A DNA stretch of 64,000 nucleotides from Gnetum montanum (GCA_015680685.1 MNCI01001941.1:63308-127307); one strand, 5' to 3'; shown: positions 48,700 through 63,619, counted from the stretch's first letter. Numbers and translations: made by a program. The notes: generated by a model not told the origin, from the letters alone.

Positions 48700-51600
48700 T
48701 TAAGTTACTAGATGTTAACTAACATGTACTTGTAAGGACTTGTTAGATGATAAATTATTAGAGTCCTAGAAAGAAAATTTAACTAGATTATGTAAGATCC
48801 AATAGATAATCTTATATCCTAGTTAAGTGGAACTTAGTTAATTGAGGCACATGCATGAGATTCTAATAGAGAATCTTATCTCCTAGTTTGAATGTAACTT
48901 TCCTTATTTGTGCACTGTGACATTGTTTATTATGTACCTTGTGCACTCCATTCATCATTAGGGATACTTTTTAGTTTTCATCTAGCACGTTGAGTATTGT
49001 GGATTATTCTTTCTATGCTAGGTCAATGTCTATGTTAAGTTCACATGTAGTTGAGAGTGTACAGAGTTCAACTTAGCTTGGAAGTTCAAGTAAATTTCAG
49101 TATACTAATTCATAGGAAGAGTAGCCTATAAAACATTTTCATGTATCTATTAGTGGTTCATGTTAAAATTCTTGTAATCTCCCTATTGGTCATCTCAGCT
49201 TGACTATTGGCTTGGGGATGATAGGATGTTATGAGTATATGTTGCACCCCCAAGAATTGCATTAAATTTTGAAAACTAGAACATGTAAAATGTATTCCAT
49301 TATCTAAAATTAGTACACTAGGCATACCAAACTTGTTTACCACCTATTGTTGAAGAAATCAAGCTACAGTAATAGATGTACAGTCATATATGACTACAAC
49401 TTCAGTCCACTAGGTACATTAGTCAATAAAAACTATAATGTATGCCTTCCAACAATGTCTCTACTTTCATAATGGATGTAATATGGGCATTTTTTATCAT
49501 CCATCTACAAGCAATATCTCCAAGCCATAGTTAGATGTGTATACCATGATATAAAATGGCTTAAACTAGTCTGGGACTCATAGAATTGGGGTTTATACAA
49601 GTTTTTTCTTTAAGTGCTAAAGTGCTTATTTTCATTCCTTGGTCCATTCAAGTATTGAATCTTTCTTAGTGAGCTATATCAGTGGTTTTACGATTCTAGA
49701 GAAATTTTTGATGAAGCAAATGTAGTAACCAATATCACCAAGGAGTGACCTAACATCTTTAATAGTTTGAGGTTGCCTAGTTATTTCTTGGATGACCCTT
49801 ACTTTGTAAGGATCCATCTCTAACCATTAAGTGGATCTTCTACCAATTGAGCCACACTTTTATTTCTACACATCATTTTAATACCTACTCAAGACAATCC
49901 AATATGTATTCAAAATCAGTACCATAAGTGGAGAAGTCAATCATGAACACTTCCATACCACTACCGATCTACTACTAAAAGATGCTTAGGACTAAGCACT
50001 AAAAGGTTGTAGGATCATTATAGAGGCCAAAGGACATCTTTTTATATCTAAAAGTCCCCTGAGAACTTGTGAAATTTTTTTTTGCCTAGTCTTCTGGTGC
50101 AAGTTTAATTTAGTTGTAGCCACTATATTCATCCAAAAAACTATAGTAAGGTGTCCAACAATTATATCCAGTACTTGGTCCACAAATGAAAAATGAAAAA
50201 TGAAAAATGATCTTTAAATGTGGCTATATTCAACAACCTAAAGTCTATACATACCCTCAATCGTCCTCCTTTCTTTGGCACAATAATGATTGGACTTACC
50301 CACTCATTGTTTGCCACAGGGTAGATGAATGCTACTTTAAGAAGTTTTTCAACTACATCTTTGACAAACTATTTTAGCTTAGGATTCAACCTTCTTTACA
50401 ACTACCTTTTTAGTTTGATGGTGGAGTCTATATAGATCTGATGCTAGCATGTGCATGGATATATTCTAGTCAATTCATCATATGACCAAGCAAAAGCTAT
50501 TGGTTATTTGTCCACAACATTTAGCAACCTCCCTTTCTAATCTTTAGCAAGCTTGGCATTAATGATTACCAACTTACCATTATCAAGAAATACATATTAC
50601 AAAGTTTCTAGTAAAGATTTTACTTCAAGGGGTTCCTATTTAAAGTTTTCATGGATTTTTAACTCTTCCCAATTCATTTCTAATTGTTAATGGATGAGTT
50701 AGTTCTAAATTTTTTCCATTTCATCCATTTTATTAATATAAGCACTTATGAGTAGCTTAACTAGTTCCATGCACATTATTGAATCAAAGCTATAGTCTAT
50801 GGTCAACCATGGGTACCTTCTTGTTTGGTGGGTACTACATATAGGCACTTTTGAATATCTAAAGTTTCAACACACTTCTTACATGTTGTGATCGAGGTGC
50901 TTGTTATTATCCATATTTTCTACAATGCAATGGCACCCTGTGTCACTATACGTAATGCAATGGAACCTTGTGTCACTATATGCAATGCATGGAACCCTCT
51001 TCTTCTCTATTTTTCTAAATTCATTTTCCATGAAAATCTCCAAGGAAAGATCTCTAATTTGTAACTTGGCATCAATTATATTGAGCCAAGAACTTCCCAT
51101 GAAAATTGGGAAGTCCCCCTTACAATTTTCCACATGGATTACTAGGAAATCTGTTGGATAGGACCATCGATAAGTGGTGGTCACAATATCGTCCAACAAT
51201 CCTAAAGGAATAGTGATGGATAAATCAACAAGCTCTAATTAGATATTACATTTTTTTAGTGGAAGTAGGTTCAAAATTTTATACATCTCTTGGGAGATTA
51301 AATTCATCCCAGAACCTAAGTCTAGGAGAGCCTTGCATGGATCATTTCCTGTAATCTAGAAGTAGATTAGGGAACTTCTAAAATCAAATATTTTCTTGGA
51401 AAAGTATCCTTACTTGATCTAGTTAGTAACTACATGAGTTAACGTGACAATATGAACATTCTAGGACCTTTAGTTTGAAGACAGATTATTGGTAATTTTA
51501 AAAGCATTGGAAGAAGGATTCATAGTCATAGATATTTGTGAGAGTTTCAATGGACTACTAAGTTTTAAGGAAGCCCTTTTCTAAGGCTTATGCTTAGAAC

Positions 51601-53700
51601 CACCCAAACTATCATCTATTTTTAAGTTTATGACCCTCGTTAAATTTCATTGCTAAGGCTACTGTCGAATTTCTCCTTACATGGACGATGTAGGTGACAA
51701 AAAATTAGTATTAGAAGATGCAAGGTGAGATGGTGAATAATGAGGAGGAAAAATGAAAGAATATTTATCTCATTGAGTAGGTGTTCTATGATATTCTAGA
51801 GGATAATAGTAATGGGAGAAAGAGATGTGACTTGCAAAGACATGAGAAGATACAAGTTTTTGGACAATGTACCCATAGAAATCTTGTTGATGATAAGGGT
51901 ATTTTTGCTTGGTGGTAGCATCCCCCCACAACTATGGATTTTTCCATTGATGATAATGTTCTTGAGGTTGATGTGGTGCTCCAATTGGATAATACTATGA
52001 CTAGTGAAATTACTATCAATAATTGTCTTATGGATAAGGTAATCTCTTAGGTGATTTCCTTTTTGCAAACATTGGATTTAAAGCATATATCCCAAATTTT
52101 CTTAAGTGTGACAATATAGGATAACATCCTTTAGGAAGTTCATATTAGCATATGTCACATCCTTCTTCATCTGTTTTAGAATCTACAATCTCATTGACTA
52201 CTACAGCCTTACCTTTTTACTAATAATAGTCATTGTCAATATCTTTTCTCCTTTTTCTGTTCCTTTCTTGATTTCCCTACTCTATTTTCTCCTACACAAT
52301 ATTTAAAGTAGTTTGAAACTTCTTATCTAAGGAGTCTCACATTTTATCCACCTTGGGTGATATTTTAGTAATAGATTTTTGGTTTGATAAGGTTTTCCTT
52401 TATACCACTTCATCTAATCGTGCTTCCTCCTCAAAATTAAAGAAACTTACCTCCTTTTTATGAATGGAGGCATCTTTATTGTCCTCGTCTATACTTTCCA
52501 AGTTCTTCCTCTTTCTTGGCCACTTACTCAATGAGTTTTTGGATCTAATGAACTCTCATTTCTGGCAATCTTCCTTGGGCATAAACTCAAAGGAACTCTT
52601 TGATTTTGTTTCAAAGTCCATCTATTATGTTGCAAAGCTTTTTCCTTTAAGAGAAATCATGACTTGGGAAGCAGTGCAAAAGAGAGTAATACATGTCCAA
52701 GGTTACATCAAGGGATTCGTTATTGTCTTATTTGTATCCTTGAATTTTTTTCTCAACTTAGATACCCTAGAGTATGTGTGATACTTATCATTAAACAACT
52801 CCAACATCATACTCCACCTATGGACAAATTCTAGCTCCAAAGACTAATACCAACTTTCAATTTCTTTGATAAGTATCCTAGTGAATAATTTAAGTTTTTT
52901 TCATTCAATTTCAATATTCTTCAAGGCACATGCATCATGAAAGGCTTGTAAATGATGTTGTGGATCAGTATTATATTCTCCTTCAAACTTAGGAATGTTG
53001 TTCATCTCAAGCTATTAACTTAGCTATCTGTTTAATTCCTAGTACAAACTACTTTTAAAATATTAATCATGCTTCTTATAACCAGTAATGGTTCATAGGC
53101 ATTATATTCATGATGGTCCTTGTCATAGCTATGCATTCTATGATATAACCTACTATATCTTCTCTCCTAATGATGCTCCTCTTTCTTTTGTTGTTAACTA
53201 TGCTTTCTTCTCCCATGCCTATGATGGGACCATCAATCATCTTCATCTTAGTCTCAATCATTCCTCGTTCTTTTTTGTTCATGGTCCCTCCTCTTAGAGT
53301 TCAATAATGAGGATGATGATGAAGATGAAGAGCTACGAGAGTGGTGTCAACTTGCCCTTCTCCTTTGACCCCTTGATTATTCTTTTGACAATCACTTCGA
53401 AGGCCTTAGACTTAATGTTCTCTTGGTTTCAAAACCAATTTTTCCTTCATCCTAGTTGCCCATAAATGTTGATTATAATTTTTATTAAGTTTTATCTCTT
53501 TCATCAAAAGGAGAAGGACCTTGGTGTTGATCTCACCCAAATAGAAACTCTAGACCCTCCTTCGATGATTGTAGAAATAGTGGAAGTGGTACTTATTTGG
53601 CCTTGGAGGCTTCATAGTGTGACTCCATGCATTGAAAGTTCTTACACTAGGCTTGTATTAGCTAATACTCTTTGGCAAGGTGCTTTGTTACTTGGTAACT
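48700..53700 (-). pseudogene. gag-pol of the Athila-like element
   Basis: Motifs listed for the element; most of RNase H and the INT N-terminus appear deleted around 49450-49600. Confidence 0.85.
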
Positions 53701-54118
53701 CAAACCTGCTAGTTCAAGCCCCAATCTCTTGAAAGCTATCATGTACTTTGTAGGAATAGAACAACTGAAAGGTAACATAATATTATCCTTCAAATCCCTT
53801 CAACATAGTTTTTCATCTTAATGGAGGATGAAATAAAAGTCCAAATAATAGGGATCCAAATGTGCATAAATGGCATTCAATTGTTGAGATGTCTCACCAT
53901 CATCCCTTCTAGTTCTATCTTATTACTGGTTGAAGCCATTAACAAGTGGTGGTAAATCATTCTTGCAAGAAGAACCATATTAGTTGGTTCTGATATAGTG
54001 TACCTTAATAAATATTATTATTATTATTATTCTAAAGAATAATATGTTATTTCCTTTTACAAAAACTTTGTATGATTTCACTATCTAACACTACTTAGGG
54101 CACTTAGCTAAAATAAAG

Positions 54119-54135
54119 TCCCTGCAACAACACCA
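54119..54135 (-). promoter_or_regulatory. PBS of the Athila-like element (TGGTGTTGTTGCAGGGA, a decayed TGGCGCCGTTGCCGGGG, tRNA-Asp type)
   Basis: Lies 1 nt from an LTR end …GCTCATCA (+ strand TGATGAGC at 54137); mismatches are mostly C-to-T. Confidence 0.75.
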
Positions 54136-54521
54136 ATGATGAGCAATAGATATTTCCTATGCCTAATCATATGAATCACTAACATGTACGCATATTCTAA
54201 TTGAATTCTATGGGCTACATTTTACCTAAGTGGTTGATATCATTAGATAGTGAAATATGTGATTTGCTAATCATTATCTTCCCAACCCACACTTGTGCTA
54301 ATTTATCAGTATGGTTAACTGTGACTGATGTGTAAGATATTTATTTTTATAATTTTTATTATATTCTATGATTTCTAAATGATTAAATAAATTAAGGTTT
54401 AATATTTAAATTAACTACTTAAATAACTAACTAGAATAAACATGGAACATCCATTCCCACTTTCTTTACATATCCTGAATGTATATTAATGCTAGTAGAT
54501 TACCAAGTGTCTATTACTAGG

Positions 54522-57500
54522 TGTTGAGGATCAAGATCTTAGAAGGGAGATGAATAAGTTCTTCAAAACAAAATTAAACAACCATAAAAACCACACTAAA
54601 TAGTTACACTATTTTCCAACTTGGGTACTTCATACTCAAAGGGTAGATTCCTTGCACACATTTGGACTTTGTTTCTCAAAAAGTGGTCTAAAGTGAACCA
54701 CACCCTGTACAAGCTCTAAGCTTCTCTCCAAAGTGTTTTATCACTATGAAACCACTCAACCCTACAAGATCCCAACAAGCTTAGAATGTGGCTTCAAGGA
54801 TCCCACAACTTTTACAAATTGAGCTTCACTTCAAGTGTTTTGACACTGCACAAACACTCAATCCCACAAGATCTCAACAAGCTCAATGATGATGCCTTTT
54901 TTCAAGAATCACATCAAACATAGTATGGCTACAAGAAAGAGAAACAAAATCACAAGAAAACAATGTAACTTAAATTCAATTCCTTGTACTTTCAAGTACA
55001 ACTCAACAAACAATCAAGAAAATGATTTGATAACTAAAGTACACAGGTACAATATACAATGATTTCTTTAATAGTGACAATGCTTTCTCAATTCTTACAC
55101 TATACCCAAGAGAATGAAGTCTTCTTATAGCCTTGGAGTTTCTGAAAATACCTCAAAATTTGTGCAATGGCTATCTAACGGCTAGTGTAAACATCTCCTT
55201 CAAGATTAGGATGTCTTTCTAAAATGACTTCCATTCTAGGGAGATGTCTCCTTTGGAATTGGGACATCTTTGTGGAGATGTATCTTCTTGAAAGAATATG
55301 TCTCTTGTTTTTGGGAGATGTCTTCTCTACAAGTTCTTCACTTCAACCAAGATGTCTTCTGCTTCTAGGAGACATCTTCATAGCTTCTAAGCTTTGATTC
55401 CTTAGGCTTCCACTTGTTGATTTAGCTTCTTCCAAATCCTTGAAGCATCTTCATCTAGCTTGTAGTCCTCATATTTATCCATGCTATTTTGAGTCCTTGA
55501 GGTCTTCACTTTGGCATCTCTTTGTAGATGTCATTTCTTTAATCTCTCCTTCATGCCCTGCAAAAACATCACATTCCATAACATTCTATGTTCTTGATTT
55601 TTCTTTAAGGTTTTAACATACCAAAAGGTCAATAATCTTCACTTTTTGGTGATGTAAAAAACTTAAGAAAATGGATGAGTTTATAAACCAATTAAGTAAT
55701 AACAATAACCATTACAAAATGTTAAGACGTATAAATTCCAATGGCAGCCAAGGACTAGGATAAAGGTTCCAATGCTCAAGGTGTAGCATAGAGATCATGA
55801 AAAATTGAAAAAGAAACTAACCTAATAAAAAAATGCTAAACAAAGGTAATAACCTATCTCCACAAAAAGTGCACCACAAATAGATAACCAAGATAAGACC
55901 CATCTATCTATATCACAAACTATCCATCTACAAGCTATCCATATAATATGGTTGCTGATACATCCTCAACATATACAAAAATCACATATGTACAAATCCA
56001 CAAAAATTACATATGTGAAAAAAAAGCTACTATATGTCTTTCCCTTTTTGGACATTTGCAAAAATGAGAGAGCACCTAAGGACTTTAATCATTAACCTTG
56101 GTTGCATCATTAGACTCATCATCTGAAGCAGTGACATCTCTAGATGATTTTTACATCTCCTCCTCATCATCATAACTACTAGTACTGGCACTAAACATGT
56201 GCTAATCATCATCATTGAAAGATGGGATCTAGATGAAGGCTCTCCATGGACAAAGCTTCAATCAAGAATAAGATGAAGCTTATGGATCTGGCTAGGCTAG
56301 AGTTTTCTATAAGGATGAGGACATTCCATTTCTCTAATAAGTAATGACATCAATAGATCTCTATTAGGATAAAGTACCAAAGATACTCTCGATAGAATGC
56401 TATTCAAAAGGTCTAGGACCATCATCCTAATGAAAGTTGATGCCAAGATGTATAAGATCAAGATGGTCTTCCTAGACATGTGTTAATGATGCATCAGGCT
56501 CAAAATCAAACTCATTCCTGAGTCATAGGCTCAAGAAGGTCTAGCTACCACAAAGTGTCTGTGTGGGGTACGAAGGTTCTCCTCACTATTTAAAAGAGGA
56601 GGAGAGATTATCTCCTCAAACAGCTATCCATCAAAAGAAAGAGAAACTACAATAGCATCCATTCTCTTATGCAAGTAAGAGAGATTCCTATCAATCATCC
56701 CTATAGTACAACCAAATGGTCAAAGTAGTTTCTTTAGGGATGATCTCACCTACCCACTAATAGATTTGAAGCTACTCAACTAAGGAGAGACCTTGGATGA
56801 TCATGTTTCTTTCTTCTTCTATGATGGAGGTTTCTTGGTGTTGGGTCCCACTTCATCTACATGTGAGGATCTCCTCTTCTCCACAAACTCTCCAAGCCTT
56901 CTCTTACCTTTGAGCAAAGGCATATTTAAAATGGGAGCACCTCTCTGATAGATTAACCAACTGATGAGATAACAGTGTCCAAAGCTCCTTTCTTTAGTGA
57001 ACATGGTCAACATGTCATGGCAAAGAGTATGACCTAAGTCTAGTGGCTATCCTGTAAGTAGGCAATAGAGAACAAAATCTTGGGATGGAAATAGATAGCT
57101 ATAGCTTTTCCCTTTTACAATAATGTTATACTAAACAATAAGAAACAAAGTGGAAGCATCTAGAAATGTTCTGTTCCTATAGAATATACCTTTATCAAAA
57201 GACATTGACTCTCCAAACAAGGCATCACAAAACTCATCATGTGTGATGGGAATTTTATCATTTGAAAATATATCATTCATAGAATCAATGACAACCCAAA
57301 AAACATCAACACTAGAAATCCCAAGTAATGCATTTACTACTTGGAGAGGCACATCAATCACTAAAGTCCCAATCATAGTAGTAAATGCTCCAATAGTAGC
57401 ATTAGTAATCACAGTATCATTGTAAATTCTCTGATAAGAACTTCAAGAACCAAGAAATCCATAGTAATGAAAGCAACATAATTCAAAACTTGGAAATAAC

Positions 57501-57830
57501 TCATCAAAGCTTGCTTCCTACATAGAGGAAAGGACAAGCAATACTAAGAAATAATATTAATGATTTGAGTTAACTTAAATTATTGCCAGACATTGGTAGA
57601 TCTGAACTAGGGAGCATAAATGCTTACATTGTTGGTGGAGCCTCCCCTAGACCTCTTCGTTGGTGGCACCCTTCATGTTCCAACCTTCTTGTGGGCCATA
57701 GCTACTCAAATTGTTATCATTGGTGGTCCACTAGTTATCTCCTTGTGGTCAATTTCAATGAAAATGGACAAAAAGAGGGTTTGGATCTCTTATAACTGTG
57801 CCAAACAAGGGTTTTTAATGAGAAAGAAGA
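54522..57830 (-). mobile_element. SIRE-like Ty1/copia fragment: env-like ORF remnant, multiple PPT-like tracts and 3' LTR (~54522-55633)
   Basis: LTR terminus TGTTGAGG…agaagggagatgaataag; decayed PPT-type tracts at ~55634 (atcttcactttttggtgatg) and ~56037 (tctttccctttttggacatttgcaaaaa); ORFs 57131-57412 and 56819-57013 resemble SIRE env-like proteins. No RT is present, so the lineage is inferred from motifs only. Confidence 0.6.
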
Positions 57831-59783
57831 TGTCTCTAAAACACCACCAAATTTTCATGTTCTAACCCTTGTAACCCCATCCCATGAAACCCAAGGCAAA
57901 ACTTCTTTGTAAATGTAAAAATTATAAACCATGAGATGTGATCTCAATTACTTTATACTTTTAGAGTTGAAAAATGCCCTCTAAGTGGTCCAAGCCTCAT
58001 CCCCCAAGTGAAAAAAGTCTATATTTGGGATTTTGAGGGTTAAAATTCCTTTTAGGATGTCAAAATTGGTATTTTGATCAGTTTTATGGGAGGTATAGCA
58101 TTTTCTATGTTGAAGACACCTACATGGGGCTATAACTCACCTACCTCCAACATGGAGGGGTGTGATGGAATCTCTGCCCAACATAGAGGGGTGTGATGGC
58201 ATCTATGCCTAGCATAGAGGGGTCTAGCATTACCCATGCCTAGTGTGGGGGGTATAGCCCTTACCCCCCAATGTTGACACATCAAACCCCCCATTGTACA
58301 TCATCAACTCCAACAAGGATCTTGTACATCAACATTGCTGTTGGAAGGCCCAACATGGATAAAATTCCCATTTACTATTTTTAGTAAATGAAATAACTTT
58401 AATGGCCATGGGGATATGACACTTACCATTTATGGTAACCCCCCTTGATTTAAACACCCACCTCACCTAAGCGTAGCAAAAATTTTTAGCCAATTTATTT
58501 GTAATTTTCAGCCAATATTGTAGCTAAATTAGTGGCCCAAAACCTATAAAACCTAGGTACAAACACCATTTATAGGTTCCACACTTTCTGCATTTGCATA
58601 CTCTGGTACTCTGGGTGCTTGAGAGCTCTTACAACCTTGCAAAAATGTAGCTTCTTAAAACCCCTAGCATGGAAGCTTCATAGCCTGTTATCCTCCCTTG
58701 AGATCTATGAGCCTTTAGCATCCACCCTGAGCTTCTAGGAACCACAACTCCTAGCATTGCTTACTCTAGTAGCCCAAGTCCCTCAAATCTCTCATCCCCC
58801 TACATCAAAAACATAGCAAATCTAGTGTGGTAGCAACAAATATTCAAAAACATCAAAAGTGACAAGACCTTTGGATCATTAAGTTGATCGTAGTGACTTC
58901 AACAAACCCTGAAACCCTACAGAAGTGAACCTCACATTGGCAACATTGCCTGTAATTTTAAAATATTTAAATTTGTTTTAGCAAAAGCCATTCATCTTTG
59001 CACCAACCAACACTACCCCTCATATCCATGTAATAAAAGCCTCTACATGGAAGTTACAAATGTTTGGTTTTTAGATTTTCACAACACCTACTATGAATTT
59101 CAAGGCCAAAGCTACCATTAATACCATATCCCTCTTGTTGCCAAAATTTTCTTAATAAAGATATACATTGGTGGATTTACCACCCAAATCCCCATCTCTC
59201 TTCTCATTGCTATGAAAATTAGCAGCTTGCCAAAGCCATCATTTTGTGTGAAGTCAAAGTTCCCACTTTGGTTTTCAACCCCTCTCTCCACGCCAATATT
59301 GGATAGAAAGGTGTAAGACCTCCCATCTTACCCCCCTTTCTCTCCCTCTACTACACCCAATGTAGATGTAGCTAGGAAGCCCAAAGTGGATGGAGTTTGA
59401 TATCACTTTCCAAAAAAGTAAACCCCCTCACACCAATGTTTCCAAGAAAGGTGTGATATCTTTCCATCTTATTCGCTTTCTTTTCCCTTTTCTCTCCCAC
59501 CATTAGTATAGTTGCTAGCTCAACTTGGTTGGGGTTTAATACCCTTTTTTTACCATTTTTTCCATTTTTAGTAAAGGGTTATATCCCCCTTGAGAGCCAC
59601 ATACTATTTATAGCAAGTAACTCATTTTTAGCCATTTTTGCCTTTTTTAGCCATTTATAAATCCTACTTTCTAGAATTTGCACTCTTTTCAACCTTTTAT
59701 AACTCCATTTAGCCATTTTTAATAATTTTTTCACCATGTCATTTGGAAAATCAACCATCTTGCCCTTTGACTTTACTAACAAC

Positions 59784-62700
59784 ATGTCTAACCAGCAAGC
59801 CATGAGGGTCTATGACCCCAAAGACCCTACCGTAGCTAACTGTAGGCAATCTTTATGACTTAGGAGGCAAAGTCCTAGACTGTCAATGATAAATGAATAT
59901 CACTACAACTACATTTATGCCAAAATCTAGGCTATCATCTAGATTCCACGAATGGAAGCAAAGGCAAAAAGGAAATACAAGCTCATACACTGAGATGGGA
60001 AGAAGTATATTCCTTCCCCTTATGATAAGACACCACTTACTGGCATCCTATCTCAATTAATTGAGATGGATGAAGAGGATGAGAAGGTTAGCTTGAATGA
60101 GCACCAAGAGGAGGAGGATGATGAGTTCAGGGTGGGATCTGAACATGAAAACATCCTAGGTGGGTTGTTTTGATAAAAAAACCCCCAAGGCGGCAATGCC
60201 TACCTCCCCCTCCCCTTTATCTCCTCCATAGAACAAATGTCACTATCCTCTACCCTCTGTGACCCAACCATGTTCGGGCCCACACCAATCATAGTTACGC
60301 AACAAACACAATCGGTGCTGTAGTCTACCACATTCCACTTTTCCATGTCATTGCCACCTAGCCTAGATTAGTGTGACCATCATCGATGGTGGTCACCATC
60401 ACCAATTTTCTAACCACTCAAGTAGGATCCACCATGATACCCCACACAACCCCTTCATTCTATTTGTGCCACAAATAAGAACACAAATATCATTCTCTTT
60501 GTTTGGTCCACTGACAACCATGATAACAGAACGTCTCTCCTCCATACCACAATTGATAGTGAGGTCATAGGCCTTCCAACAAATGTCATAACCTTTTGTG
60601 CAAACTCTGTAGCTAATAGTGGCATCTCAAGGCCTAGATCAAGCTTTCTAAATGATCTAAGACTTAATAGAGAAGTTTAAGAGGCTTAAACCCTCTACAT
60701 CCCAAACCGTTAAGGTCATAGACTTTTACCATGATGATCCCATCAATCCTGTGGTTCCACCCTTAATACTTTCTCCTAGTGTCCCCATCTTGTAATTCAC
60801 AAAATACAATGGAGAAGGTGATCCCAATGCTCACCTTATAACCTTTCAATCTAAGTGCTTATTGTTGCTGTCATGGTTGTACATAATCATAAGGATATTT
60901 GCCATGTCACTTATAGGGAAAGCACTTAACTAGTATCACACCTTACCTAGAGAATGTATATCCTCTCTAGAAAATCTCATATTGTAATTCATTAACCACT
61001 TCAAGTACAACTTGAAGCCTAACACCACACTTGACCAGATAATGAAGGTCAAGCAAGGATAACTTGAACTAGTGCAAAAGTTCATCTAATGATGGAACAA
61101 TTTGGTTAATAAAATACTAAAACCTGTAACTAAAACCCACCTTTTGGCTACATTCAAGGGGATGGTCAACAATTTTATCAAGTCCAAACTGTATTACCTT
61201 AACCCACAATCACTCAATCAAGCATTCTCCCAAACTAAGAACATAAAGGATGCTGCAGAGCCTATCCACAACCTTGCCTATGTAGCATATAAAAACCAAC
61301 ATATGTGAAGGGACAAGAAGTGGGTTAAAAACATAACAATGTGATGGTAGCAACAGTAGCCAAAGAGACAAAAATGACTACCCAGGGGACCAAAAGCCAA
61401 TTCATCTAATATCCCTACTAATAACAAAAATAAACATCCATCAACCTTTGGGGCCACTACATTAACTTCATCTAGATCCAAATTTGAGTAGAAGGATATG
61501 AGTAAATATACTAGGCTACCTTTGAAGCCATCTGACCTCTTAGATTAACTATTGAAGAGTGGGAGAATCCAATACAAGCATATGTCTAAAGCTACTCATA
61601 AAAAGCATGAAAGGCTATGTGAGATAACTAGGGAAGCCACTTGAGCAACAAAGGATGACCCTCAAGTACCAAAGTACTTTAGACTCAACCATCAATTGCT
61701 TGGTCATGACACTGACTTCTACCTTGCACTAAAAGATGACCTACAAAAGATGATAGATAGAGGAGAGTTGGTCCTAGATGCTTCTAACCCTATTTGACCA
61801 AAGAACCAATCAATGCAATTGTATAAAGACCCATTGAACACCAAAAATAGTGCATACATTATATCAGCATTCAACATTAATGACAATTGAAGGCCTGCAA
61901 GAGAACCATTCATGATTCAAGTACCCCCTCGCAATGAAAGGGGCTCTTCAACATCCACCAACTCAAGATCCACTTTTATCATAACTATACCATCATGGAC
62001 ATTCACTAAGGAGCCTTTTGTTATCAAAGTTTTCCAATCCAACTTGCCCCTACCACTAAACAATGACCCCCCATGGTTGCTAATGCTATGGCCTTTTTCT
62101 CTCAAACAAACAATGACAATCAAAAGGCCTCAACCAAGAAAAGGAAGAAGCCTAAGAAAAAGCCCAAAAATAAGGATGAAAAGCACGCTAAGGCATGAAA
62201 GGAAGTGGGTCCACCAAAGCCCACTTCCATATCATTAGTACCCATGACCTCCACAACCCAGGCTACTTCGACAAGAAAACCACGAGGGGAAACTAAAAGC
62301 AAGAGAGAGGAAAAGATGACAAGAAACAACAATTACACAAAAATGAGGTATTCATTTTTGGATGCATGGAGGAAGTTAAGCACAATGGGGGTGACAAGCC
62401 CATGGTGAATGACAAGAACTTCCTAAATGCGATGGAGCAATTTAAGTAGTCTCTCAAACAAAAAAACATAACCTTGAGCCTGTATAACTTAGTTATGACT
62501 TCTACTACACATTGTGAAGCACTAGTCAAGATGTTGACTTCTATCCCCATTAGTGAGGATAGCCTTGCTAATGAGAAATCCATCCATGCAGTGATGGTTC
62601 CTTCTTCATCGAGGGAGAAGAAGTCAACATTGCTAGTGTTTCACAATAGCAATATCAAAACTAGTCCCCAAAATGACGTGGTTACCAAAGCTCCTCTTCT

Positions 62701-63326
62701 CATCACAATATGTGTGGGCTAGTATAAAGTGCATCAAGTGCATCTAGATGATGGGGCTATAACAAATTTCATCCCATGCACTAGAGTTGAATCTTTAGGC
62801 TTGACAAAGTAGATACAACATACTACAACATCAGCTCACAAGTCCTTTAACAGATCACAAGTCACTATTAAGGGGTCTATCTCCTTAGGCTTTGTGGCAA
62901 GGGAACAACTCCCCATGACTATAGATTTCTTGGTGGTAAAGGAAACACCAAGTTTCAACCTCATCTTAGGTAGGCCCTAGTTGGCTCAACTACAAGTCAT
63001 ATCCTTACCAATCCACTAAGAGATTCACCTACCTTATGAGGGAGGTGAGATCATCATTCATGGTGATAACATAGGTTCCTTGGCTATTAACAACATGAAT
63101 ATAGAGCAAGGATCTAAAGTGAAGTTTGAGGAAGAAACTTCCAGCCACAAAGTAACCTGAGAGAGGGGAAAAATCCAAAAATGACAATAATGGAACATGG
63201 AACATGCTATGGGAAGAGCTCCCTTTCAACATCATCAATGAAGGGGATGTGGAGTACAAACTAGTACAAAATAGATCGTACATGTTTTCTAATCTCCCAA
63301 AGATTAGGATGCATTTGCACAACTAA
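59784..63326 (+). pseudogene. gag-protease ORF of copy C (degenerate), ending …YMFSNLPKIRMHLHN*
   Basis: gag motif; HQLLGHDTDFYLALKDDLQKMID (~61690-61758); protease VHLDDGA (~62738) and FNLILGRP*L. Confidence 0.88.
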
Positions 63327-63619
63327 TGTATGCCCCTAATCCTTCCACCCTATGCTCCTATGACATTATAACCATATGTATTAATAGCCAGTTAGCCTAG
63401 AGTTTCTTGTTGCTAGTTCATGCCTTTTTACTTGCTTTATTTTAATATTTTTCACATATAGCCTAAGGATTTACTTTTGTTTGCAATTTTATCAAAACTT
63501 TTTACTTTCTTTGTTTTCCTTTTTTAGCATGACATAAATTACAAAAACCTCATAAAAATTATAAAACTAGAAAAATCTTAAAACACAAAACAAACAAAAA
63601 TATATCTTTCCTTATAACA

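Larger units (their letters stand above)
43095..54521 (-). mobile_element. Athila-like Ty3/gypsy element (degenerate): partial 5' LTR, PBS, gag, PR-RT, internally deleted RH/INT, sense env-like accessory ORF
   Basis: gag IPKFEGEYNTDPQHHLQAFHDAC (~52925-52995); PR KALLDLGSGMN (~51302-51335); RT AFAWSYDEL, WVSPIIIVPKK, EVFMIDFS; INT YHPQANSQAEMTNREI; PBS at 54119-54135. Confidence 0.88.

Noticed and set aside
50920-51000. 30-bp in-frame tandem duplication (CIAYSDTRFH/CITYSDTGCH)
   Set aside because: Local slippage in a dead pol linker; no evidence of function.
59160-59195. PBS for copy C (…ATACA-TTGGTGGATTTACC)
   Set aside because: No recognisable tRNA complement, and the upstream sequence does not match the LTR end at 43094.
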